Origin: Erysipelotrichaceae bacterium | GTDB lineage: Bacteria > Bacillota_I > Bacilli_A > RFN20 > CAG-826 | DNA length: 64,000 nucleotides | Direction of reading: 5' to 3' | Assembly (NCBI GenBank): GCA_015059065.1 | Contig: SVBE01000002.1 | Location: 94,835 to 158,834 of the forward strand | In this document: positions 56,752 to 64,000 of the stretch, piece by piece | Position numbering within the stretch: the first letter of the stretch is position 1 | Layout: the number at the start of each line of letters is the position of its first letter | Notes under the pieces: model-generated | What the model saw: the letters and a program-made list of their open reading frames with translations, nothing else | What the model was told of the DNA's origin: nothing | The model's database searches: none | Made by a program: the position numbers and the translations under genes

Positions 56752-58833
56752 ATGAAGAAGAAATATTTATCAACTTTGCTCATTCCTTTTTTATTAAGTG
56801 GTTGTAATAACGCTCAAACAACATCTAGTGAACCAACAACAAGTGAACCAACCACTTCTAGTGAACCCATCAGTTCATCAGAAGAAGAACTTCCTTTAAC
56901 TGTTAATATCATCATGGCCGCGGCTACTGTCCCACCTGTAATGTCTGCTTTAGACTCATTAGCAAATAATGGTAGAACATATGCCTTTATTGAAAGAGGT
57001 AAGACATATTCAGGTATTGAAGAAACTTCTTTTATCAATATTGGTTTTGATCCGACAGTGAATAACGCAAGTGGGGTCACTAATGCGAACTTTGTGACCA
57101 TCACTAATTATGTCAAAGAAATCTATAAAGATATGCCTAATGCCCACTATAACTTCTATACCGTGGACTATAAGCCATGGGCCCCAGTAAAAGTCGCTAG
57201 TGATGTGAAAATGAATAAAGATCAATTCACTGTCTTTATGGTGGAAGATGGCACCGCCACATATCAATATGCCGAAAGATATTATCAATCATCATTTAAA
57301 ACTCAGTCCGCTTTAGATGATTATTATGAAATGCAAGTAAAAGAAGCTTATGACTTATTTGATAAAGCGATGTTAGATTCTTCTAATATTGACGATATCA
57401 AGAATTCCTATGTCAATGGTTATCATCATACCTTCGCCTTAGTGAATCATCCCAACTTTGTGCACCTCGTTCAAGATAAGGTCAAATTAGGGGCGAAATT
57501 AAGCAAACACCCTAATAGCAAGATCAATCAATTATATGGCCTTAACGGCGGTATCATTCCTGGACATGTAAGATATAAAAGCATCTCTGAAAGAGTGAAT
57601 GACCTATCTAGTGAAGATCGCGCAGAATATCTTAAACTCATGTTTGGTGAATACGAAGAAGAAGCGGAAAGATTATTAAATAGAACAACATTAGATGATA
57701 AAACAACATCTGTACCTAATAAGAAATTAATATTCATTGGAGGTAGAGTCCGTCAGTCCAGCGCGAATCTTGTTCCTACTATCCCCTGGGATGATATCCC
57801 AACTAGCTATAACGATATCACTCCTGAACTGCATCAGGTGTTCTTAAATGAGTCTGATTATAAATTTGTCATCGACTATTTAAATGATGTTAATAATTAT
57901 GAAGAATCATGGAAGAATGCTGATCAATCCATCATTGATAAAATAAAAGAAAAAGCTTTCCGTTATTATATTGATTATACATATAACCTTAAGATCACTT
58001 ATCGCTTATATGGAGATGAATACGATGTCTTATTTAAAGGTCATCCTGCGGAGACATTTGACGCTCCTAATAAATGGGGTGGATATAATGTCACAGTTGG
58101 GGAAGTAACATATAACTTCAATCTCTTCATGCACGATTTAGCCTATCAGTTCCACTCCCTTGATAGTGAAGGTAAATATGTTGGAGTCCTCCCAGGTGGA
58201 GTCGCGGCAGAAAACCTCGCCTATTTAGGTGTAGATACATATCTATGTGGATTAGCATCTTCCACCTATACCGGATATGAAAAATCATCCCCTATCCTTT
58301 ATGTCCTCAACAATACAAATGATGATATCAGGGGTGATATCGCGATTAACCAAAGATATATCGATGATGAATTAATCTGGGAAAAAGATGATGAAACAAT
58401 TGAAACCATCTTCCTTAACTATGGTAACCGTTATAATGTATTAAAAGATTATTATAAAGAATTATCAGATAATTCCACTGATCCTAAAGATAAAGAAGAC
58501 TTCTTAGTAGTATCTAATAATTATCAAACGAGATTCAACGACTGGGTGAAAGCTACCTCTCTTGTCACTTCTCCAGAAGGAGCCTCTATCGATAATATTG
58601 GTAGAATCATCTTCACCAATAAACAGATCATCGAATTAAGAGAAGGATATCTTAGTAAAGTTGATACTTATATCGCGAATAAAGATATCGCTTCATTAAG
58701 TGAAGAAGATCAAGAAAATATCACCTTATTATTCCATGAAGCAAAAGCAACAATTTATAGCACATTCGACTTATACGAATTAAATAACGCGTTTACCGAC
58801 TTACAAAGCAAGGTCAACGAATACTTCAACTAG
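56752..58833 (+). CDS. Lipoprotein with a GT80 (PmST1-type) sialyltransferase-like motif set
   Basis: 693 aa. Lipobox LLSGC and an S/T/P/E tether. The ordered motifs are MVEDGTATY, KKLIFIGG, LFKGHPAE, VAAENL and GLASSTY. These correspond to the DDG, HP, Glu and Ser-Ser elements of Pasteurella PmST1 as I recall them. Confidence 0.45.
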   Translation: MKKKYLSTLLIPFLLSGCNNAQTTSSEPTTSEPTTSSEPISSSEEELPLTVNIIMAAATVPPVMSALDSLANNGRTYAFIERGKTYSGIEETSFINIGFDPTVNNASGVTNANFVTITNYVKEIYKDMPNAHYNFYTVDYKPWAPVKVASDVKMNKDQFTVFMVEDGTATYQYAERYYQSSFKTQSALDDYYEMQVKEAYDLFDKAMLDSSNIDDIKNSYVNGYHHTFALVNHPNFVHLVQDKVKLGAKLSKHPNSKINQLYGLNGGIIPGHVRYKSISERVNDLSSEDRAEYLKLMFGEYEEEAERLLNRTTLDDKTTSVPNKKLIFIGGRVRQSSANLVPTIPWDDIPTSYNDITPELHQVFLNESDYKFVIDYLNDVNNYEESWKNADQSIIDKIKEKAFRYYIDYTYNLKITYRLYGDEYDVLFKGHPAETFDAPNKWGGYNVTVGEVTYNFNLFMHDLAYQFHSLDSEGKYVGVLPGGVAAENLAYLGVDTYLCGLASSTYTGYEKSSPILYVLNNTNDDIRGDIAINQRYIDDELIWEKDDETIETIFLNYGNRYNVLKDYYKELSDNSTDPKDKEDFLVVSNNYQTRFNDWVKATSLVTSPEGASIDNIGRIIFTNKQIIELREGYLSKVDTYIANKDIASLSEEDQENITLLFHEAKATIYSTFDLYELNNAFTDLQSKVNEYFN

Positions 58834-58868
58834 TAAAAGGAAGGGGAATTATAATCCCCTTCTTTCAT
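58804..58868. repeat. Direct repeat, copy 1 (last 30 nt of the 56752..58833 CDS plus its terminator hairpin)
   Basis: CAAAGCAAGGTCAACGAATACTTCAACTAGTAAAAGGAAGGGGAattataaTCCCCTTCTTTCAT. Repeated at 60606..60668. Confidence 0.8.
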
Positions 58869-58903
58869 GCCATCTTCAAAGGTAATTTTCATGTGACCAT
58901 ATA

Positions 58904-60211
58904 CTATCGAATAAATTCTAAAAGAAAATCTGCCAAACCAATGATCGTGTAATTTTGCTCATCTTTCACTTCAGGTAATGGGCGGTTGATCACTAATACT
59001 TTTCTTGCTCCATCATTAACTTTAGTAAATGGCTTTATCTCTCTGTTTTTGGTTTCTTTATTATTCACATCTGCGGCTACTTGAAAATAAAATGCTTGAT
59101 TGCCTCTAGTGGCATAAAAGTCTATTTCATAATTAACCCTGATGGTCTTTCCATCTTTGTTTTTTTCAAAAGATTCAAATGTTCCCACCGTCACATTGTA
59201 GTTATTGTAGATAAGTTCATTGTAGATAATATTTTCCACTACTTTGCCCTCATCGAAGAATGTAAAATCCTCTTTAGCGTTTCTAAGTCCGATATCATTA
59301 AAATAATATTTTCTAGTTGAACCAATAATATTTTTCCCTTTTAAATCAAATCTATTAACTTCATCAATCAACATCGAATCTTTAAAAAAACCAATATATT
59401 TATTAACTGTATCTTTATCAATCTTTTCATGTTTAATGCTCTGATAAGTATTTGCAATTCTTTCTGAGTTGAGTAAATCGCCAGTGCAGTTACTTAATAT
59501 TTTGCATAATTCATCTAGCGATTCTGTTTTTGTTATTTTGTTATGATCGATAATATCTTTGAAATATGTCTTTTCAAATAATTTCTTAAGATATTGTTCT
59601 TTTTCTTCTTTAGGAAGAATAACCGCTAAAGGCATACCACCATGCATCATATATTCCATCAGCGCATCATTTTTTGAACCACCAACGTATTTATAAAATT
59701 CATAAAAAGATAAGGGCCTCATGTGAATTTCTGTTGCCTTATCTCTAAACTCTGTCGCAACATCAACCGACAGCATTTTCGAATTGCTTCCAGTAACATA
59801 TAAATCGATGTTGGGCTCTCTAGATAACCCAAGAACAACCTCAACAAATGAAATTACATTTTCATCTTCTTCTTTAGCTACTACTATTTCCCCATTTGTT
59901 AGAACTGGATTAATGATTTTATATACTCGTTGTATTTCATCTAAAAACACATAGCATTGCTCTTTATTATTGCACCACTCACGAACAAATGAACCTAATT
60001 TAATAGGATTTAAAAGCTCTATATTTTTATCATCGTCTAATTCGATTATTAGAATATTGCTTTTGTCCACTCCTTCCTTGATTAAATAATCTTTATATAT
60101 TTCGGTCAGCAAATACGATTTCCCACATCTTCTAACACCAGTAATGACTTTGGGAAAACCATTGTTTTTATTGTTTATAAGTTGGCTAAGATATTTGTTT
60201 CTAGAAATCAT
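58904..60211 (-). CDS. AAA+ ATPase with a DUF4143-type C-terminal domain
   Basis: 435 aa. N-terminal pattern KYLSQLINNKNNGFPKVITGVRRCGKSYLL (Walker A), Walker B YVFLDEIQ. Architecture typical of the COG1373 family. Confidence 0.75.
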   Translation of the reverse strand: MISRNKYLSQLINNKNNGFPKVITGVRRCGKSYLLTEIYKDYLIKEGVDKSNILIIELDDDKNIELLNPIKLGSFVREWCNNKEQCYVFLDEIQRVYKIINPVLTNGEIVVAKEEDENVISFVEVVLGLSREPNIDLYVTGSNSKMLSVDVATEFRDKATEIHMRPLSFYEFYKYVGGSKNDALMEYMMHGGMPLAVILPKEEKEQYLKKLFEKTYFKDIIDHNKITKTESLDELCKILSNCTGDLLNSERIANTYQSIKHEKIDKDTVNKYIGFFKDSMLIDEVNRFDLKGKNIIGSTRKYYFNDIGLRNAKEDFTFFDEGKVVENIIYNELIYNNYNVTVGTFESFEKNKDGKTIRVNYEIDFYATRGNQAFYFQVAADVNNKETKNREIKPFTKVNDGARKVLVINRPLPEVKDEQNYTIIGLADFLLEFIR

Positions 60212-60385
60212 ATTTTCTCCTTTTTTGTGTATTTACACATTTTTCGCGATTTCATTCTAGCACATCATTACCCTTATATCAAAACATATCTAGTACAAAA
60301 AGTTTTCGACCAAAACAACAGTGCAATGCTATTATAGTCGTAGTTGTATGCTTATCGACAATTGGAGACATCATCGATTTTCAAG

Positions 60386-60413
60386 ACACGTACGAAAAAG
60401 TGCGTGTTTTTTC
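60386..60413 (+). terminator. Plus-strand intrinsic terminator in non-coding DNA
   Basis: ACACGTAC-gaaaaa-GTGCGTGT (one G-U pair) followed by TTTTTTC. No plus-strand ORF precedes it. Confidence 0.5.
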
Positions 60414-60463
60414 TTATTCTTTGTTATTTTAATAAGGTGAACATTTTATGTTTTCAATACAAA

Positions 60464-60540
60464 AACCGAAAGATTACGGATTAAATAACCGAAAGATTAC
60501 GGATTAAATAACCGAAAGATTACGGATTAAATAACCGAAA
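60464..60540. repeat. Tandem direct repeat, 23 bp x 3.3 (iteron-like)
   Basis: AACCGAAAGATTACGGATTAAAT is repeated perfectly three times head to tail, plus a partial fourth unit AACCGAAA. Confidence 0.9.
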
Positions 60541-60605
60541 CAAAAACTAAAATAATCTATCAATAAAAGATATTAGTGTTCAATTATCCCCCGTTTTCTT
60601 TCTTG

Positions 60606-60668
60606 CAAAGCAAGGTCAACGAATACTTCAATTAGTAAAAGGAAGGGAAATAAACCCCTTTCTTTCAT
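60606..60668. repeat. Direct repeat, copy 2 (non-coding relic of a gene 3' end plus terminator)
   Basis: CAAAGCAAGGTCAACGAATACTTCAATTAGTAAAAGGAAGGGAAATAAACCCCTTTCTTTCAT. The first 26 nt are identical to copy 1, followed by one C/T change and an indel-bearing hairpin loop. Confidence 0.8.
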
Positions 60669-60755
60669 AATATGATGATTATCTAAGTCAATAGGAGAAG
60701 AGTCTTGTCGAGTATAGTCGACAGATAATAACTTCTGCATCTACTGATAATTATA

Positions 60756-61760
60756 TTATTCTTTGTTTGCTTTTTTACGATAGACGAGGGCTTTAATCAA
60801 AGCGACTACGGAAACAATAAGTGGAGTGAAGACAATGATTAAGGTAGCAATATTGACACTCGCGGCAAACGCCACAGGAAGAATACCAAATCCTCCGTTG
60901 CTCGGCGCGTCCATATTCGTCCCTAATCCAACCATATAAAGCACGATAGATATCGCTGAACATATAAGTGCAGCAATCGCTATTGGTAATAAGAATGCTT
61001 TCTTATTCTCTTCTTTTAATTCGTTATAGTAGAATTCCCAGCTTCCTAAGAAGACGACATTCACAAAACAGACTAATAGAAAAGCAAAGCCATAGAAGAA
61101 ATATTCATGACGGAAATCATAGATGAATAAGCCAAGCCAGAAACAGGAGAAGGAGAATAATACCACAAGGAGCCAGAAGCTCATGAATGTGCAGTATAAT
61201 CCTCTCGCTTTAGTGACAATTGGTCCACGAGACGGAACAACATAAGGAATCTTATCTTGTAATTTCTTTAAATAGACTAAGCCAAATATTCCTAATGCCA
61301 CATAAACTAGAGAGAATAAAATCGAATCTAATGGATATAAAGGAGAAGGTGAACCTTCCACTAGAGAACGGAATTTACCAATCGCTAAACCGATGATGAT
61401 AAATAATAGATTCACACCGGCAAAGACTAATAAAGTAATCGCATTCTTCTTTATCGATTTGTTACGTCTTTCTTCATTTACATTGCGGAATAAGCCGTGG
61501 GCTAATAATACACCCCAAATGCTCATAAACATCGACATCACGATAGGGAAAGATCTTGTGATCTCTTTAATCGCGACATCAATAGAGCCACTGACTACCG
61601 CTCCTAAGGAATCAGTGATCGCATAAACAGCATTAAAGAATGTAAAAGAAGCAAAGATAAATAGAACGATTAAAACTAGACTAATAACTAAGGATTGGAG
61701 TTTTTGTTTTTTATCACAGGAAGAACAGATGAAGCTGTCTTTATTAAAATATTTATTCAT
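60756..61760 (-). CDS. Polytopic membrane protein of unknown function
   Basis: About 8 TM segments. N-terminal CSSC. Start set at ATG 61760 (MNKYFNK), which overlaps the upstream stop as TAATG. Confidence 0.6.
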   Translation of the reverse strand: MNKYFNKDSFICSSCDKKQKLQSLVISLVLIVLFIFASFTFFNAVYAITDSLGAVVSGSIDVAIKEITRSFPIVMSMFMSIWGVLLAHGLFRNVNEERRNKSIKKNAITLLVFAGVNLLFIIIGLAIGKFRSLVEGSPSPLYPLDSILFSLVYVALGIFGLVYLKKLQDKIPYVVPSRGPIVTKARGLYCTFMSFWLLVVLFSFSCFWLGLFIYDFRHEYFFYGFAFLLVCFVNVVFLGSWEFYYNELKEENKKAFLLPIAIAALICSAISIVLYMVGLGTNMDAPSNGGFGILPVAFAASVNIATLIIVFTPLIVSVVALIKALVYRKKANKE

Positions 61761-62896
61761 TACCATTTCACCCATCTAACAAAATCGCCAGAAGTCCTTT
61801 CGTTATAATATAGATGTTCTAAATCAAATTTGCCTAAGATGTTATCTTCACTATCTGTGATGGTCACTAATGCGGCACCGATCAAATCAAATTTCTCATT
61901 AATACCAACAGAAGCTAATCCTTCTTTCATTGCTGCATCAGTGCTATTTGGATCGATATGGGCATAATATAATTCTTGTCCAGTTTTCACACCTAAACCA
62001 ACGACCAAACCATCCCAATCAACAGTCCAGTCATTATTATGCGCGTGACCCATAAAAGCGCCTTTTAAATTATGTTCTTTCGCGACATCAAGGAAGTCAG
62101 AAGCATAAGCTTCATTACCGTTATCCGCGAATCTTTCAAGTTTAAAGAATTTGTTCTTATAGGAAGCGCGATTATTATATAAAGTAGTATTCTCATCTTG
62201 AGGGATATGATAATAAGCAATACCAGGGACAGACTCTCCCACTAAAGTGTGTTCTTTAAGCCACCAATCAGTTTGGTCTTTTCTAATATAATCATAATCT
62301 CTAAATGGAGAAATGCTTGTTTCAGAGAAAGATGCACCTGAATCTAAATTAGCAATCTGCCATTTCACCTCATTACCTTTAACGAGATTGATCATAAAGT
62401 TACTACGGCCGTATAGATTATCTTCAGGTTCATAATAATAACAATGAGGCGCGTTTTTAAACTGTTCTCCTAACCAATTAGGATTATATATTCCGTGTCG
62501 GTCATGGTTACCCCAAATCGCTGTATAGATAAAGCCGTATTCACTAGCCTTAGCTTCAAAATAGTCAACAAAGGATGAGACGTGATAAGCATTAGATAAC
62601 ATGAACATATCCCCAGTGAGTTCCACTAGATCAATCTTCGCGTTATTACCTTGTAACTCTTTGATATGACGATCAGTCTCTTTAAGCACTTTATCCATAT
62701 AAATCTTAGATTCATGTGTCGATGAATTCATACTCCAGTGGATATCAGTTAACTGCAAGATGTTGAAGTTTTGATGATAATCCATTTGAAAAACATAATC
62801 TTTCAAATGATCTTTATAATCAAAAGTCGCCCCACTACATCCGGTGAGCAGAAGTGATAAAACTGGAAGTAAAATGAACAATTTATTAGCTTTCAT
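61760..62896 (-). CDS. Metallophosphoesterase lipoprotein (calcineurin-like)
   Basis: 378 aa. Lipobox LLLTGC. Motifs LQLTDIH, TGDMF, GNHD, GHAHNND. Confidence 0.85.
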   Translation of the reverse strand: MKANKLFILLPVLSLLLTGCSGATFDYKDHLKDYVFQMDYHQNFNILQLTDIHWSMNSSTHESKIYMDKVLKETDRHIKELQGNNAKIDLVELTGDMFMLSNAYHVSSFVDYFEAKASEYGFIYTAIWGNHDRHGIYNPNWLGEQFKNAPHCYYYEPEDNLYGRSNFMINLVKGNEVKWQIANLDSGASFSETSISPFRDYDYIRKDQTDWWLKEHTLVGESVPGIAYYHIPQDENTTLYNNRASYKNKFFKLERFADNGNEAYASDFLDVAKEHNLKGAFMGHAHNNDWTVDWDGLVVGLGVKTGQELYYAHIDPNSTDAAMKEGLASVGINEKFDLIGAALVTITDSEDNILGKFDLEHLYYNERTSGDFVRWVKW

Positions 62897-62983
62897 ATTT
62901 GCCCCCCCTTATTTAAACATAATAATTATAATTCTATTTGTACCAAATAGCATAATATATCTACTGTCTTGTAATAATCCACA

Positions 62984-63442
62984 CTACAGCATTAACGAAG
63001 CAACAGTGCGTCCAAGGGATTTCGCTATCTTTTGTAATGTGCTCAAAGTCGGATTGCCTTTGCCTTGTTCAATCTTAGATATTTCTGCTTGCATAATGCC
63101 TGTTTGAGATGACAAATCTCTTTGACTCATTCCCTTTTCTTCTCTCGCCTCAGCAATTGCTTGGCCGACAATCATCCTTATTTCTGGGTCAACTTTACCG
63201 ATATGCTTACCGCGCACATAAATGCCATCACTAGATAAATCCAAGTCATCGTTCCAGCTGATTCCATACCCAACTCCATCAATCTTAACAGAAGTAAATA
63301 ATTCCAAATCCTCTAATGCATGAAAAACAGGGTATTTATCAAACATTGTTTTAACATCAAAAGAAACGACTTCACCATCCGCGAATGTCGCGATTAAAAC
63401 CAAGTCGTCCTTTGTTTCAATTTTTGTAATGATTCTGTGCAT
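62984..63442 (-). CDS. DUF2442 domain fused to a C-terminal XRE-type HTH
   Basis: 152 aa. DUF2442 pattern (LVLIATFADGEVVSFDV...YPVFHAL...GYGISWNDDLDLSSDGIY). HTH (KGMSQRDLSSQTGIMQAEISKIEQG). Confidence 0.75.
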   Translation of the reverse strand: MHRIITKIETKDDLVLIATFADGEVVSFDVKTMFDKYPVFHALEDLELFTSVKIDGVGYGISWNDDLDLSSDGIYVRGKHIGKVDPEIRMIVGQAIAEAREEKGMSQRDLSSQTGIMQAEISKIEQGKGNPTLSTLQKIAKSLGRTVASLML

Positions 63443-63447
63443 TGTTT

Positions 63448-63705
63448 TTACTCCTCAATAAATTCCAACATCTCAAAATCTTGTTTGTCCCACATAATTA
63501 GCAATCGCTCACGATATTGATCTAAAAACTCATGAACTAATCGATCAGCGTTTTTTGGTAAATTACTATATCTTGCTTTGCCTGTAGCAATATTGTAGAT
63601 ACCTTCGAACTCATTATATTTTGCATGAATATGTGGAGGATTATGTTCATCCTCAATATAGTACATCTTGATGATAATGTTATAAAAACGTGCAATAATT
63701 GGCAT
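63448..63705 (-). CDS. DUF4160 family protein
   Basis: 85 aa. MPIIARFYNIIIKMYYIEDEHNPPHIHAKYNEFEG is the hallmark DUF4160 N-terminus. A 5-nt gap separates it from the DUF2442 gene. Confidence 0.8.
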   Translation of the reverse strand: MPIIARFYNIIIKMYYIEDEHNPPHIHAKYNEFEGIYNIATGKARYSNLPKNADRLVHEFLDQYRERLLIMWDKQDFEMLEFIEE

Positions 63706-63724
63706 GAACTTGTCCTCTGCCCTA

Positions 63725-63774
63725 ATTATATACGATATGTTATATCATATCAATACAATATGTTATATCATATC
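63725..63774 (-). promoter_or_regulatory. Near-consensus promoter overlapped by two 18-bp palindromic sites
   Basis: Minus strand reads TTGATA (63753-63748), N17, TATAAT (63730-63725). GATATGttatatCATATC lies at 63734-63751 and AATATGttatatCATATC at 63757-63774, spaced 23 bp apart. Confidence 0.65.
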
Positions 63775-63788
63775 AAAAATGTAATTAT

Positions 63789-64000
63789 CTATTTCGTGTA
63801 ATATACGAGATAGTCATATTGTCCTAATGTATACTTATTGTCTTTAACTGATACAGTTGATGCTAATACATTATCTACATCAACAGTGATATTAGAATTA
63901 TTAGGATTGAATAATAGATGAGTTCTATATCCATTATAAGAAATAGTAAAGCCACTTAATCCATCCTTAAAGATTGATGAATCCTTTTTAGATTCAAGAG
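63789..64000 (-). CDS. 3' end of a hypothetical gene that starts beyond the right edge
   Basis: My translation of the minus strand gives an open frame ...FKDGLSGFTISYNGYRTHLLFNPNNSNITVDVDNVLASTVSVKDNKYTLGQYDYLVYYTK then a stop (TAG at 63791-63789). No function recognised. Confidence 0.35.
   Translation of the reverse strand, partial: LESKKDSSIFKDGLSGFTISYNGYRTHLLFNPNNSNITVDVDNVLASTVSVKDNKYTLGQYDYLVYYTK

Noticed and set aside
60464-60540. CRISPR array
   Set aside because: The 23-bp units are directly abutting with no spacers, there are only 3.3 units, and no cas genes are in the window.
1-64000. Mollicutes genetic code 4 (TGA = Trp), tRNA/rRNA genes, transposases and integrases
   Set aside because: Long family-consistent ORFs close properly under the standard code, and TGA is used as a stop (GH16 gene at 21108). 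I saw no tRNA T-arm-like GGTTCGAATCC-type strings outside coding DNA, no rRNA-like segments, and no DDE, tyrosine or serine recombinase motifs.

Overview
Low-GC chromosomal segment that looks Firmicutes- or Mollicutes-like. It uses the standard genetic code (TGA is a stop, e.g. at 21108) and most genes have GGAGG-type SD sites. I found no rRNA, tRNA, CRISPR array, transposase or integrase. A conserved housekeeping block on the minus strand spans 33.2-45.0 kb: pth, mfd, an S4-domain protein, tilS, ftsH, dusB, lysS, then rpsF-ssb-rpsR. The rest is dominated by surface-anchored glycan-degrading enzymes. (1) Two paralogous LytTR/AgrC-type two-component systems each sit directly upstream of glycoside hydrolases: RR-HK-GH16-giant GH16-GH3 at 14.0-24.0 kb, and RR-HK-GH3 at 0-3.8 kb. 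(2) A GT2-GH3-GPH transporter-glf (UDP-galactopyranose mutase) cluster lies at 4.2-10.9 kb. (3) A galactan-type set (MFS, GH2, GH53, GH13, galM) lies at 47.9-56.6 kb. The observations most worth follow-up: (a) a 693-aa lipoprotein carrying the ordered GT80 (PmST1-type) sialyltransferase motifs; (b) three small accessory cassettes, each bounded by direct duplications of a neighbouring terminator or gene 3' end, with no recombinase in sight: RelE/Phd, an orphan Phd-like gene upstream of a TM-NERD gene, and a DUF4143 ATPase with 23-bp iteron-like repeats; (c) a DUF4160 + DUF2442::XRE-HTH module and an orphan paralog, both with a palindrome built into a near-consensus promoter; (d) a RhuM / HTH-NUDIX pair; (e) circularly permuted, membrane-anchored GH3 enzymes; (f) an mgtC gene split by a -1 frameshift at an A6 run; (g) a G+C-enriched structured intergenic region between lysS and rpsF with a 26-codon hydrophobic ORF. 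All functional calls come from reading motifs by eye. No database search was run.
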